A DNA stretch of 36,270 nt from positions 1 to 36,270 of the forward strand of contig NEEC01000413.1 of the NCBI GenBank assembly GCA_002189035.1, written 5' to 3'. Source of the DNA: Utricularia gibba (taxonomy: Eukaryota; Plantae; Magnoliophyta). The notes under the pieces were generated by a model. The model was not told the DNA's origin. It did not search any database and saw nothing but the letters and a program-made list of their open reading frames with translations. Numbering within the stretch: position 1 is the stretch's first letter; every line of letters starts with the position of its first letter. Both the position numbers and the translations under genes were made by a program. Positions 15,001 through 26,709 of this stretch are shown here, piece after piece.

Positions 15001-18000
15001 TTCCGAGTCGCATCGTCGCGAACGTGGTGGCCAATTTGTGGCACATCTGAAGGCTAAGATAAGGCGATAATTCGAGCTCTGATGCATCCTCGGACGAAGA
15101 AGCTTTCAACACGGAAGCTGACCGGCACGGAAAGGGGTTCGAAACGGTATGCCGGGCGCAGCGTGACTCATCACGGTTTCAAGATATCGACGAATACCGA
15201 ACGGTGTGCGAGGCCACCATGAGGCTGCGGGTAGGGAACACCCAGAGCTTGTTCAGAGATCGCCTCGAAAACCCATACTTCACGTCATCCAATAAAACGC
15301 AGATGTTTTGCAAGCGAAAATCACAATCGCGTCGATCTCGTGTTCCGAGTCGCATCGTCGCGAACGTGGTGGCCAATTTGTGGCACATCTGAAGGCTAAT
15401 ATAAGGCGATAATTCGAGCTCTGATGCATCCTCGGACGAAGAAGCTTTCAACACGGAAGCTGACCGGCGGAAAGGGTTCGAAACGGTATGCCGGGCGCAG
15501 CGTGACTCATCACGGTCTTCAGATATCGACGAATGCCGAACGGTGTGCGAGGCCACCATGAGGCTGCGGGTAGGACACACCCAGAGCTTGTTCAGAGATC
15601 GCCTCGAAAACCCATACTTCACGTCACCAATAAAACGCAGATGTTTTGCAAGCGAAAATCACAATCGCGTCGATTCTCGTGTTCCGAGTCGCATCGTCGC
15701 GAACGTGGTGGCCAATTTGTGGCACATCTGAAGGCTAAGATAAGGCGATAATTCGAGCTCTTGATGCATCCTCGGACGAAGAAGCTTTCAACACGGAAGC
15801 TGACCGGCACGGAAAGGGTTCGAAACGGTATGCCGGGCGCAGCGTGACTCATCACGGTTTCAGGATATCGACGAATAAACGGTGTGCGAGGCCACCATGA
15901 GGCTGCGGGTAGGGACACACCAGAGCTTGTTCAGAGATCGCCTCGAAAACCCATACTTCACGTCACCCAATAAAACGCAGATGTTTTGCAAGCGAAAATC
16001 ACAATCGCGTCGATTCTCGTGTTCCGAGTCGCATCGTCGCGAACGTGGTGGCCAATTTGTGGCACATCTGAAGGCTAATAAGGCGATAATTCGAGCTTGA
16101 TGCATCCTCGGACGAAGATGCTTTCAACACGGAAGCTGACCGGCACGGAAAGGGTTCGAAACGGTATGCCGGGCGCAGCGTGACTCATCACGGTTTCAGG
16201 ATATCGAAATACCGAACGGTGTGCGAGGCCACCATGAGGCTGCGGGTAGGGACACACCCAGAGCTTGTTCAGAGATCGCCTCGAAAACCCATACTTCACG
16301 TCACCAATAAAACGCAGATGTTTTGCAAGCCGAAAATCACAATCGCGTCGATTCTCGTGTTCCGAGTCGCATCGTCGCGAACGTGGTGGCCAATTTGTGG
16401 CACATCTGAAGGCTAATATAAGGCGATAATTCGAGCTCTGATGCATCCTCGGACGAAGATGCTTTCAACACGGAAGCTGACCGGCACGGAAAGGGGTTCG
16501 AAACGGTATGCCGGGCGCAGCGTGACTCATCACGGTTTTCAGGATATGGCCGAAATACCGAACGGTGTGCGAGGCCACCATGAGGCTGCGGGTAGGGACA
16601 CACCAGAGCTTGTTCAGAGATCGCCTCGAAAACCCATACTTCACATCACCCAATAAAACGCAGATGTTTTGCAAGCGAAAATCACAATCGCGTCGATTCT
16701 CGTGTTCCGAGTCGCATCGTCGCGAACGTGGTGGCCAATTGTGGCACATCTGAAGGCTAAGATAAGGCGATAATTCGAGCTCTGATGCATCCTCGGACGA
16801 AGAAGCTTTCAACACGGAAGCTGACCGGCACGGAAAGGGTTCGAAACGGTATGCCGGGCGCAGCGTGACTCATCACGGTTTCAGGATATCGACGAAATAC
16901 CGAACGGTGTGCGAGGCCACCATGAGGCTGCGGGTAGGGACACCCAGAGCTTGTTCAGAGATCGCCTCGAAAACCCATACTTCACGTCACCCAATAAAAC
17001 GCAGATGTTTTGCAAGCCGAAAATCACAATCGCGTCGATTCTCGTGTTCCGAGTCGCATCGTCGCGAACGTGGTGGCCAATTTGTGGCACATCTGAAGGC
17101 TAAGATAAGGCGATAATTCGAGCTCTGATGATGCATCCTCGGACGAAGAAGCTTTCAACACGGAAGCTGACCGGCACGGAAAGGGTTCGAAACGGTATGC
17201 CGGGCGCAGCGTGACTCATCACGGTTTCAGGATATCGACGAATGCCGAACGGTGTGCGAGGCCACCATGAGGCTGCGGTAGGGAACACCCAGAGCTTGTT
17301 CAGAGATCGCCTCGAAAACCCATACTTCACGTCATCCAATAAAACGCAGATGTTTTGCAAGCCGAAAATCACAATCGCGTCGATTCTCGTGTTCCGAGTC
17401 GCATCGTCGCGAACGTGGTGGCCAATTTGTGGCACATCTGAAGGCTAAGATAAGGCGATAATTCGAGCTCTGATGCATCCTCGGACGAAGAAGCTTTCAA
17501 CACGGAAGCTGACCGGCACGGAAAGGGGTTCGAAACGGTATGCCGGCGCAGCGTGACTCATCTTTCTTCAGATATCGACCGAACGGTGTGCGAGGCCACC
17601 ATGAGGCTGCGGTAGGACACCCAGAGCTTGTTCAGAGATCGCCTCGAAAACCCATACTTCACGTCACCCAATAAAACGCAGATGTTTTGCAAGCCGAAAA
17701 TCACAATCGCGTCGATTCTCGTGTTCCGAGTCGCATCGTCGCGAACGTGGTGGCCAATTTGTGGCACATCTGAAGGCTAAGATAAGGCGATAATTCGAGC
17801 TCTGATGCATCCTCGGACGAAGAAGCTTTCAACACGGAAGCTGACCGGCACGGAAAGGGTTCGAAACGGTATGCCGGCGCAGCGTGACTCATCACGGTTT
17901 CAGATATCGAACCGAACGGTGTGCGAGGCCACCATGAGGCTGCTAGGACACACCAGAGCTTGTTCAGAGATCGCCTCGAAAACCCATACTTCACGTCACC

Positions 18001-20513
18001 CAATAAAACGCAGATGTTTTGCAAGCGAAAATCACAATCGCGTCGATTCTCGTGTTCCGAGTCGCATCGTCGCGAACGTGGTGGCCAATTTGTGGCACAT
18101 CTGAAGGCTAAGATAAGGCGATAATTCGAGCTCTGATGCATCCTCGGACGAAGAAGCTTTCAACACGGAAGCTGACCGGCACGGAAAGGGTTCGAAACGG
18201 TATGCCGGGCGCAGCGTGACTCACTTCAGGATATCGCCGAAATACCGAACGGTGTGCGAGGCCACCATGAGGCTGCGGGTAGGGACACACCCAGAGCTTG
18301 TTCAGAGATCGCCTCGAAAACCCATACTTCACGTCACCCAATAAAACGCAGATGTTTTGCAAGGCGAAAATCACAATCGCGTCGATTCTCGTGTTCCGAG
18401 TCGCATCGTCGCGAACGTGGTGGCCAATTTGTGGCACATCTGAAGGCTAATATAAGGCGATAATTCGAGCTCTGATGCATCCTCGGACGAAGAAGCTTTC
18501 AACACGGAAGCTGACCGGCACGGAAAGGGTTCGAAACGGTATGCCGGGCGCAGCGTGACTCATCACGGTTTCAGATATCCCGAACGGTGTGCGAGGCCCA
18601 TGAGGCTGCGGGTAGGGACACACCCAGAGCTTGTTCAGAGATCGCCTCGAAAACCCATACTTCACGTCACCAATAAAACGCAGATGTTTTGCAAGCCGAA
18701 AATCACAATCGCGTCGATTCTCGTGTTCCGAGTCGCATCGTCGCGAACGTGGTGGCCAATTTGTGGCACATCTGAAGGCTAAGATAAGGCGATAATTCGA
18801 GCTCTGATGCATCCTCGGACGAAGAAGCTTTCAACACGGAAGCTGACCGGCACGGAAAGGGTTCGAAACGGTATGCCGGGCGCAGCGTGACTCATCACGG
18901 TTTCAGATATCGACGAATACCGAACGGTGTGCGAGGCCACCATGAGGCTGCGGGTAGGGACACACCCAGAGCTTGTTCAGAGATCGCCTCGAAAACCCAT
19001 ACTTCACGTCATCCAATAAAACGCAGATGTTTTTGCAAGCCGAAAATCACAATCGCGTCGATTCTCGTGTTCCGACGCATCGTCGCGAACGTGGTGGCCA
19101 ATTTGTGGCACATCTGAAGGCTAAGATAAGGCGATAATTCGAGCTCTGATGCATCCTCGGACGAAGAAGCTTTCAACACGGAAGCTGACCGGCACGGAAA
19201 GGGTTCGAAACGGTATGCCGGGCGCAGCGTGACTCATCATCTTCAGATATCGACGAATGCCGAACGGTGTGCGAGGCCACCATGAGGCTGCGGGTAGGAA
19301 CACACCTAGAGCTTGTTCAGAGATCGCCTCGAAAACCCATACTTCACGTCACCCAATAAAACGCAGATGTTTTGCAAGCCGAAAATCACAATCGCGTCGA
19401 TTCTCGTGTTCCGAGTCGCATCGTCGCGAACGTGGTGGCCAATTTGTGGCACATCTGAAGGCTAAGATAAGGCGATAATTCGAGCTTTGATGCATCCTCG
19501 ACGAAGAAGCTTTCAACACGGAAGCTGACCGGCGGAAAGGGGTTCGAAACGGTATGCCGGGCGCAGCGTGACTCATCACGGTTTCAGGATATCGCCGAAA
19601 TACCGAACGGTGTGCGAGGCCACCATGAGGCTGCGGGTAGGGACACACCCAGAGCTTGTTCAGAGATCGCCTCGAAAACCCATACTTCACGTCATCCAAT
19701 AAAACGCAGATGTTTTGCAAGCCGAAAATCACAATCGCGTCGATTCTCGTGTTCCGAATCATCGTCGCGAACGTGGGCCAATTTGTGGCACATCTGAAGG
19801 CTAAGATAAGGCGATAATTCGAGCTCTGATGCATCCTCGGACGAAGAAGCTTTCAACACGGAAGCTGACCGGCACGGAAAGGGTTCGAAACGGTATGCCG
19901 GGCGCAGCGTGACTCATCACGATCTTTAAGATATCCGAAATGCCGAACGGTGTGCGAGGCCACCATGAGGCTGCGGGTAGGAACACACCTAGAGCTTGTT
20001 CAGAGATCGCCTCGAAAACCCATACTTCACGTCACCCAATAAAACGCAGATGTTTTGCAAGGCGAAAATCACAATCGCGTCGATTCGTGTTCCGAGTCGC
20101 ATCGTCGCGAACGTGGTGGCCAATTTGTGGCACATCTGAAGGCTAATATAAGGCGATAATTCGAGCTCTGATGCATCCTCGGACGAAGATGCTTTCAACA
20201 CGGAAGCTGACCGGCACGGAAAGGGTTCGAAACGGTGCCGGGCGCAGCGTGACTCATCACGGTTTCAGGATATCGCCGAAATACCGAACGGTGTGCGAGG
20301 CCACCATGAGGCTGCGGGTAGGGACACACCCAGAGCTTGTTCAGAGATCGCATCGAAAACCCATACTTCACGTCATCCAATAAAACGCAGATGTTTTGCA
20401 AGCCGAAAATCACAATCGCGTCGATTCTCGTGTTCCGAGTCGCATCGTCGCGAACGTGGTGGCCAATTTGTGGCACATCTGAAGGCTAATATAAGGCGAT
20501 AATTCGAGCTCTG
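1..20513. repeat. Left array domain: heterogeneous mix of A- and B-type monomers, mean period ~340 bp
   Basis: 60 monomers between 129 and 20514. GATATCGAC/GATATCGCC alleles, the 3-G AAAGGGTT allele and the GTCACC allele (about 46 of 60) dominate. Deletions are frequent just after GTGACTCATC. Confidence 0.75.
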
Positions 20514-23500
20514 ATGCATCCTCGGACGAAGAAGCTTTCAACACGGAAGCTGACCGGCACGGAAAGGGTTCGAAACGGTATGCCGGGCGCAGCGTGACTC
20601 ATCACGGTTTTCAGGATATGGCCGAAATACCGAACGGTGTGCGAGGCCACCATGAGGCTGCGGGTAGGGACACACCCAGAGCTTGTTCAGAGATCGCCTC
20701 GAAAACCCATACTTCACGTCATCCAATAAAACGCAGATGTTTTGCAAGGCGAAAATCACAATCGCGTCGATTCTCGTGTTCCGAGTCGCATCGTCGCGAA
20801 CGTGGTGGCCAATTTGTGGCACATCTGAAGGCTAATATAAGGCGATAATTCGAGCTCTGATGCATCCTCGGACGAAGAAGCTTTCAACACGGAAGCTGAC
20901 CGGCACGGAAAGGGGTTCGAAACGGTATGCCGGCGCAGCGTGACTCATCACGGTTTTCAGGATATCCGAAATACCGAACGGTGTGCGAGGCCACCATGAG
21001 GCTGCGGGTAGGGACACACCCAGAGCTTGTTCAGAGATCGCCTCGAAAACCCATACTTCACGTCATCCAATAAAACGCAGATGTTTTGCAAGCCGAAAAT
21101 CACAATCGCGTCGATTCTCGTGTTCCGAGTCGCATCGTCGCGAACGTGGTGGCCAATTTGTGGCACATCTGAAGGCTAAGATAAGGCGATAATTCGAGCT
21201 CTGATGCATCCTCGGACGAAGAAGCTTTCAACACGGAAGCTGACCGGCACGGAAAGGGGTTCGAAACGGTATGCCGGGCGCAGCGTGACTCATCACGGTT
21301 TTCAGGATATGGCCGAAATACCGAACGGTGTGCGAGGCCACCATGAGGCTGCGGGTAGGGACACACCCAGAGCTTGTTCAGAGATCGCCTCGAAAACCCA
21401 TACTTCACGTCATCCAATAAAACGCAGATGTTTTTGCAAGCCGAAAATCACAATCGCGTCGATTCTCGTGTTCCGAGTCGCATCGTCGCGAACGTGGTGG
21501 CCAATTTTGGCACATCTGAAGGCTAAGATAAGGCGATAATTCGAGCTCTGATGCATCCTCGGACGAAGAAGCTTTCAACACGGAAGCTGACCGGCACGGA
21601 AAGGGGTTCGAAACGGTATGCCGGCGCAGCGTGACTCATCACGGTTTTCAGGATATGGCCGAAATACCGAACGGTGTGCGAGGCCACCATGAGGCTGCGG
21701 GTAGGAACACACCCAGAGCTTGTTCAGAGATCGCCTCGAAAACCCATACTTCACGTCATCCAATAAAACGCAGATGTTTTGCAAGGCCGAAAATCACAAT
21801 CGCGTCGATTCTCGTGTTCCGAGTCGCATCGTCGCGAACGTGGTGGCCAATTTGTGGCACATCTGAAGGCTAATATAAGGCGATAATTCGAGCTCTGATG
21901 CATCCTCGGACGAAGAAGCTTTCAACACGGAAGCTGACCGGCACGGAAAGGGGTTCGAAACGGTATGCCGGCGCAGCGTGACTCATCACGGTTTTCAGGA
22001 TATGGCCGAAATACCGAACGGTGTGCGAGGCCACCATGAGGCTGCGGTAGGGACACACCCAGAGCTTGTTCAGAGATCGCCTCGAAAACCCATACTTCAC
22101 GTCATCCAATAAAACGCAGATGTTTTGCAAGGCCGAAAATCACAATCGCGTCGATTCTCGTGTTCCGAGTCGCATCGTCGCGAACGTGGTGGCCAATTTG
22201 TGGCACATCTGAAGGCTAATATAAGGCGATAATTCGAGCTCTGATGCATCCTCGGACGAAGATGCTTTCAACACGGAAGCTGACCGGCACGGAAAGGGGT
22301 TCGAAACGGTATGCCGGCGCAGCGTGACTCATCACGGTTTTCAGGATATCCGAAATACCGAACGGTGTGCGAGGCCACCATGAGGCTGCGGGTAGGGACA
22401 CACCCAGAGCTTGTTCAGAGATCGCCTCGAAAACCCATACTTCACGTCATCCAATAAAACGCAGATTTTTGCAAGGCGAAAATCACAATCGCGTCGATTC
22501 TCGTGTTCCGAGTCGCATCGTCGCGAACGTGGTGGCCAATTTGTGGCACATCTGAAGGCTAATATAAGGCGATAATTCGAGCTCTGATGCATCCTCGGAC
22601 GAAGAAGCTTTCAACACGGAAGCTGACCGGCACGGAAAGGGGTTCGAAACGGTATGCCGGGCGCAGCGTGACTCATCACGGTTTTTCAGGATATGGCCGA
22701 AATACCGAACGGTGTGCGAGGCCACCATGAGGCTGCGGGTAGGGACACACCCAGAGCTTGTTCAGAGATCGCCTCGAAAACCCATACTTCACGTCATCCA
22801 AATAAAACGCAGATGTTTTGCAAGCCGAAAATCACAATCGCGTCGATTCTCGTGTTCCGAGTCGCATCGTCGCGAACGTGGTGGCCAATTTGTGGCACAT
22901 CTGAAGGCTAATATAAGGCGATAATTCGAGCTCTGATGCATCCTCGGACGAAGAAGCTTTCAACACGGAAGCTGACCGGCACGGAAAGGGGTTCGAAACG
23001 GTATGCCGGCGCAGCGTGACTCATCACGGTTTTCAGGATATGGCCGAAATACCGAACGGTGTGCGAGGCCACCATGAGGCTGCGGGTAGGGACACACCCA
23101 GAGCTTGTTCAGAGATCGCCTCGAAAACCCATACTTCACGTCATCCAATAAAACGCAGATGTTTTGCAAGCCGAAAATCACAATCGCGTCGATTCTCGTG
23201 TTCCGAGTCGCATCGTCGCGAACGTGGTGGCCAATTTGTGGCACATCTGAAGGCTAATATAAGGCGATAATTCGAGCTCTGATGCATCCTCGGACGAAGA
23301 AGCTTTCAACACGGAAGCTGACCGGCACGGAAAGGGGTTCGAAACGGTATGCCGGGCGCAGCGTGACTCATCACGGTTTTCAGATATGGCCGAAATACCG
23401 AACGGTGTGCGAGGCCACCATGAGGCTGCGGTAGGGACACACCCAGAGCTTGTTCAGAGATCGCCTCGAAAACCCATACTTCACGTCACCCAATAAAACG

Positions 23501-26457
23501 CAGATGTTTTGCAAGGCGAAAATCACAATCGCGTCGATTCTCGTGTTCCGAGTCGCATCGTCGCGAACGTGGTGGCCAATTTGTGGCACATCTGAAGGCT
23601 AATATAAGGCGATAATTCGAGCTCTGATGCATCCTCGGACGAAGATGCTTTCAACACGGAAGCTGACCGGCACGGAAAGGGGTTCGAAACGGTATGCCGG
23701 CGCAGCGTGACTCATCACGGTTTTCAGGATATGGCCGAAATACCGAACGGTGTGCGAGGCCACCATGAGGCTGCGGGTAGGGACACACCCAGAGCTTGTT
23801 CAGAGATCGCCTCGAAAACCCATACTTCACGTCATCCAATAAAACGCAGATGTTTTGCAAGCCGAAAATCACAATCGCGTCGATTCTCGTGTTCCGAGTC
23901 ATCGTCGCGCGAACGTGGTGGCCAATTTGTGGCACATCTGAAGGCTAATATAAGGCGATAATTCGAGCTCTGATGCATCCTCGGACGAAGAAGCTTTCAA
24001 CACGGAAGCTGACCGGCACGGAAAGGGGTTCGAAACGGTATGCCGGGCGCAGCGTGACTCATCACGGTTTTCAGGATATGGCCGAAATACCGAACGGTGT
24101 GCGAGGCCACCATGAGGCTGCGGGTAGGGACACACCCAGAGCTTGTTCAGAGATCGCCTCGAAAACCCATACTTCACGTCATCCAATAAACGCAGATGTT
24201 TTGCAAGCCGAAAATCACAATCGCGTCGATTCTCGTGTTCCGAGTCGCATCGTCGCGAACGTGGTGGCCAATTTGTGGCACATCTGAGGCTAATATAAGG
24301 CGATAATTCGAGCTCTGATGCATCCTCGGACGAAGATGCTTTCAACACGGAAGCTGACCGGCACGGAAAGGGGTTCGAAACGGTATGCCGGCGCAGCGTG
24401 ACTCATCACGGTTTTTCAGGATATGGCCGAAATACCGAACGGTGTGCGAGGCCACCATGAGGCTGCGGGTAGGGACACACCAGAGCTTGTTCAGAGATCG
24501 CCTCGAAAACCCATACTTCACGTCATCCAATAAAACGCAGATGTTTTGCAAGCCGAAAATCACAATCGCGTCGATTCTCGTGTTCCGAGTCGCATCGTCG
24601 CGAACGTGGTGGCCAATTTGTGGCACATCTGAAGGCTAATATAAGGCGATAATTCGAGCTCTGATGCATCCTCGGACGAAGATGCTTTCAACACGGAAGC
24701 TGACCGGCACGGAAAGGGGTTCGAAACGGTATGCCGGGCGCAGCGTGACTCATCACGGTTTTCAGGATATGGCCGAAATACCGAACGGTGTGCGAGGCCA
24801 CCATGAGGCTGCGGGTAGGGACACACCTAGAGCTTGTTCAGAGATCGCCTCGAAAACCCATACTTCACGTCACCCAATAAAACGCAGATGTTTTGCAAGG
24901 CGAAAATCACAATCGCGTCGATTCTCGTGTTCCGAGTCGCATCGTCGCGAACGTGGTGGCCAATTTGTGGCACATCTGAAGGCTAAGATAAGGCGATAAT
25001 TCGAGCTCTGATGCATCCTCGGACGAAGAAGCTTTCAACACGGAAGCTGACCGGCACGGAAAGGGGTTCGAAACGGTATGCCGGGCGCAGCGTGACTCAT
25101 CACGGTTTTCAGGATATGGCCGAAATACCGAACGGTGTGCGAGGCCACCATGAGGCTGCGGGTAGGGACACACCCAGAGCTTGTTCAGAGATCGCCTCGA
25201 AAACCCATACTTCACGTCATCCAATAAAACGCAGATGTTTTGCAAGCCGAAAATCACAATCGCGTCGATTCTCGTGTTCCGAGTCGCATCGTCGCGAACG
25301 TGGTGGCCAATTTGTGGCACATCTGAAAGGCTAAGATAAGGCGATAATTCGAGCTTTGATGCATCCTCGGACGAAGAAGCTTTCAACACGGAAGCTGACC
25401 GGCACGGAAAGGGGTTCGAAACGGTATGCCGGGCGCAGCGTGACTCATCACGGTTTTCAGGATATGGCCGAAATACCGAACGGTGTGCGAGGCCACCATG
25501 AGGCTGCGGGTAGGGACACACCCAGAGCTTGTTCAGAGATCGCCTCGAAAACCCATACTTCACGTCATCCAATAAAACGCAGATGTTTTGCAAGCGAAAA
25601 TCACAATCGCGTCGATTCTCGTGTTCCGAGTCGCATCGTCGCGAACGTGGTGGCCAATTTGTGGCACATCTGAAGGCTAATATAAGGCGATAATTCGAGC
25701 TCTGATGCATCCTCGGACGAAGAAGCTTTCAACACGGAAGCTGACCGGCACGGAAAGGGGTTCGAAACGGTATGCCGGGCGCAGCGTGACTCATCACGGT
25801 TTTTCAGGATATGGCCGAAATACCGAACGGTGTGCGAGGCCACCATGAGGCTGCGGTAGGGACACACCCAGAGCTTGTTCAGAGATCGCCTCGAAAACCC
25901 ATACTTCACGTCATCCAATAAAACGCAGATGTTTTGCAAGCGAAAATCACAATCGCGTCGATTCTCGTGTTCCGAGTCGCATCGTCGCGAACGTGGTGGC
26001 CAATTTGTGGCACATCTGAAGGCTAATATAAGGCGATAATTCGAGCTCTGATGCATCCTCGGACGAAGAAGCTTTCAACACGGAAGCTGACCGGCACGGA
26101 AAGGGGTTCGAAACGGTATGCCGGGCGCAGCGTGACTCATCACGGTTTTTCAGGATATGGCCGAAATACCGAACGGTGTGCGAGGCCACCATGAGGCTGC
26201 GGTAGGGACACACCCAGAGCTTGTTCAGAGATCGCCTCGAAAACCCATACTTCACGTCATCCAATAAAACGCACTTTTTGCAAGCCGAAAATCAAATCGC
26301 GTCGATTCTCGTGTTCCGAGTCGCATCGTCGCGAACGTGGTGGCCAATTTGTGGCACATCTGAAGGCTAAGATAAGGCGATAATTCGAGCTCTGATGCAT
26401 CCTCGGACGAAGAAGCTTTCAACACGGAAGCTGACCGGCACGGAAAGGGGTTCGAAA

Positions 26458-26514
26458 CGGTATGCCGGGCGCAGCGTGACTCATCACGGTTTTCAGGATA
26501 TGGCCGAAATACCG
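26458..26514. other. Second, weaker stem-loop per monomer: CGGTAT/ATACCG stem enclosing the CGTGA-CTCA-TCACG hairpin
   Basis: Monomer 64-79 pairs with 105-120 (11 WC pairs in 16 positions), and the perfect 5-bp hairpin at 26475-26488 lies inside it. Read by eye; no energy calculation was done. Confidence 0.4.
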
Positions 26515-26615
26515 AACGGTGTGCGAGGCCACCATGAGGCTGCGGGTAGGGACACACCCAGAGCTTGTTCAGAGATCGCCTCGAAAACCCATACTTCACG
26601 TCATCCAATAAAACG

Positions 26616-26709
26616 CAGATGTTTTGCAAGCCGAAAATCACAATCGCGTCGATTCTCGTGTTCCGAGTCGCATCGTCGCGAACGTGGTGGCCAATTTGTG
26701 GCACATCTG
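26616..26709. other. 94-nt imperfect inverted repeat / long hairpin, present once per monomer (shown in the reference copy)
   Basis: Ungapped fold of monomer positions 222-261 onto 276-315: CAGATGT/ACATCTG (7 bp), CAA/TTG, ATCAC/GTGGT, TCGCG/CGCGA, CGAT/ATCG. This gives 25 Watson-Crick pairs plus 5 G-T pairs in 40 positions, against about 10 WC pairs expected by chance. Confidence 0.7.

Noticed and set aside
26392-26412. Hammerhead-like string CTGATGCATCCTCGGACGAAG
   Set aside because: It resembles CUGAUGA-stem II-GAAA but violates A9 (C), the 10.1-11.1 pair (A/C) and A15.1 (G). Stem II would need a 2-nt loop, and I found no stem I/III partners. The minus-strand GTGATGAG lacks C3 and a stem II closing onto GAAA.
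26387-26418. Close SacI (GAGCTC), NsiI (ATGCAT) and HindIII (AAGCTT) sites suggesting a synthetic polylinker junction
   Set aside because: There are six 6-bp palindromes per monomer against about 5.4 expected, and no vector, adapter or primer sequence is recognisable.
26447-26458. GGGGTTCGAAAC as a tRNA T-arm or Pol III B-box
   Set aside because: It matches GTTCRANNC, but the 3' side (CGGTA) cannot pair with the 5' AGGGG stem. There is no A-box, cloverleaf or oligo-T terminator downstream.
26489-26506. Minus-strand CGGCCATATCCTGAAA resembling the 5' end of eukaryotic 5S rRNA (unit size also fits 5S arrays)
   Set aside because: The similarity stops there. The conserved internal 5S motifs (GATCTCG, AGTACT, GATGGGAGACC) are absent.
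26527-26692. GGCCACCATG / CGTGGTGGCC 8-10 bp inverted match
   Set aside because: It is a real match but incompatible with the stronger 94-nt hairpin. One 8-bp inverted match in 347 nt is expected by chance.
26591-26701. ATACTT and AATTTGTGG resembling the U1 snRNA 5' end and Sm site (or an SL-RNA array)
   Set aside because: The 5' end is not ATACTTACC, the spacing and U1 loop motifs do not fit, and no known spliced-leader exon is present. A 9-mer match is weak on its own.
26616-26709. Hairpin as an integron attC site or a REP/ERIC element
   Set aside because: It has no RYYYAAC/GTTRRRY ends, no extrahelical bases (the fold is ungapped), no cassette genes between copies, and no resemblance to REP/ERIC consensus sequences I know.
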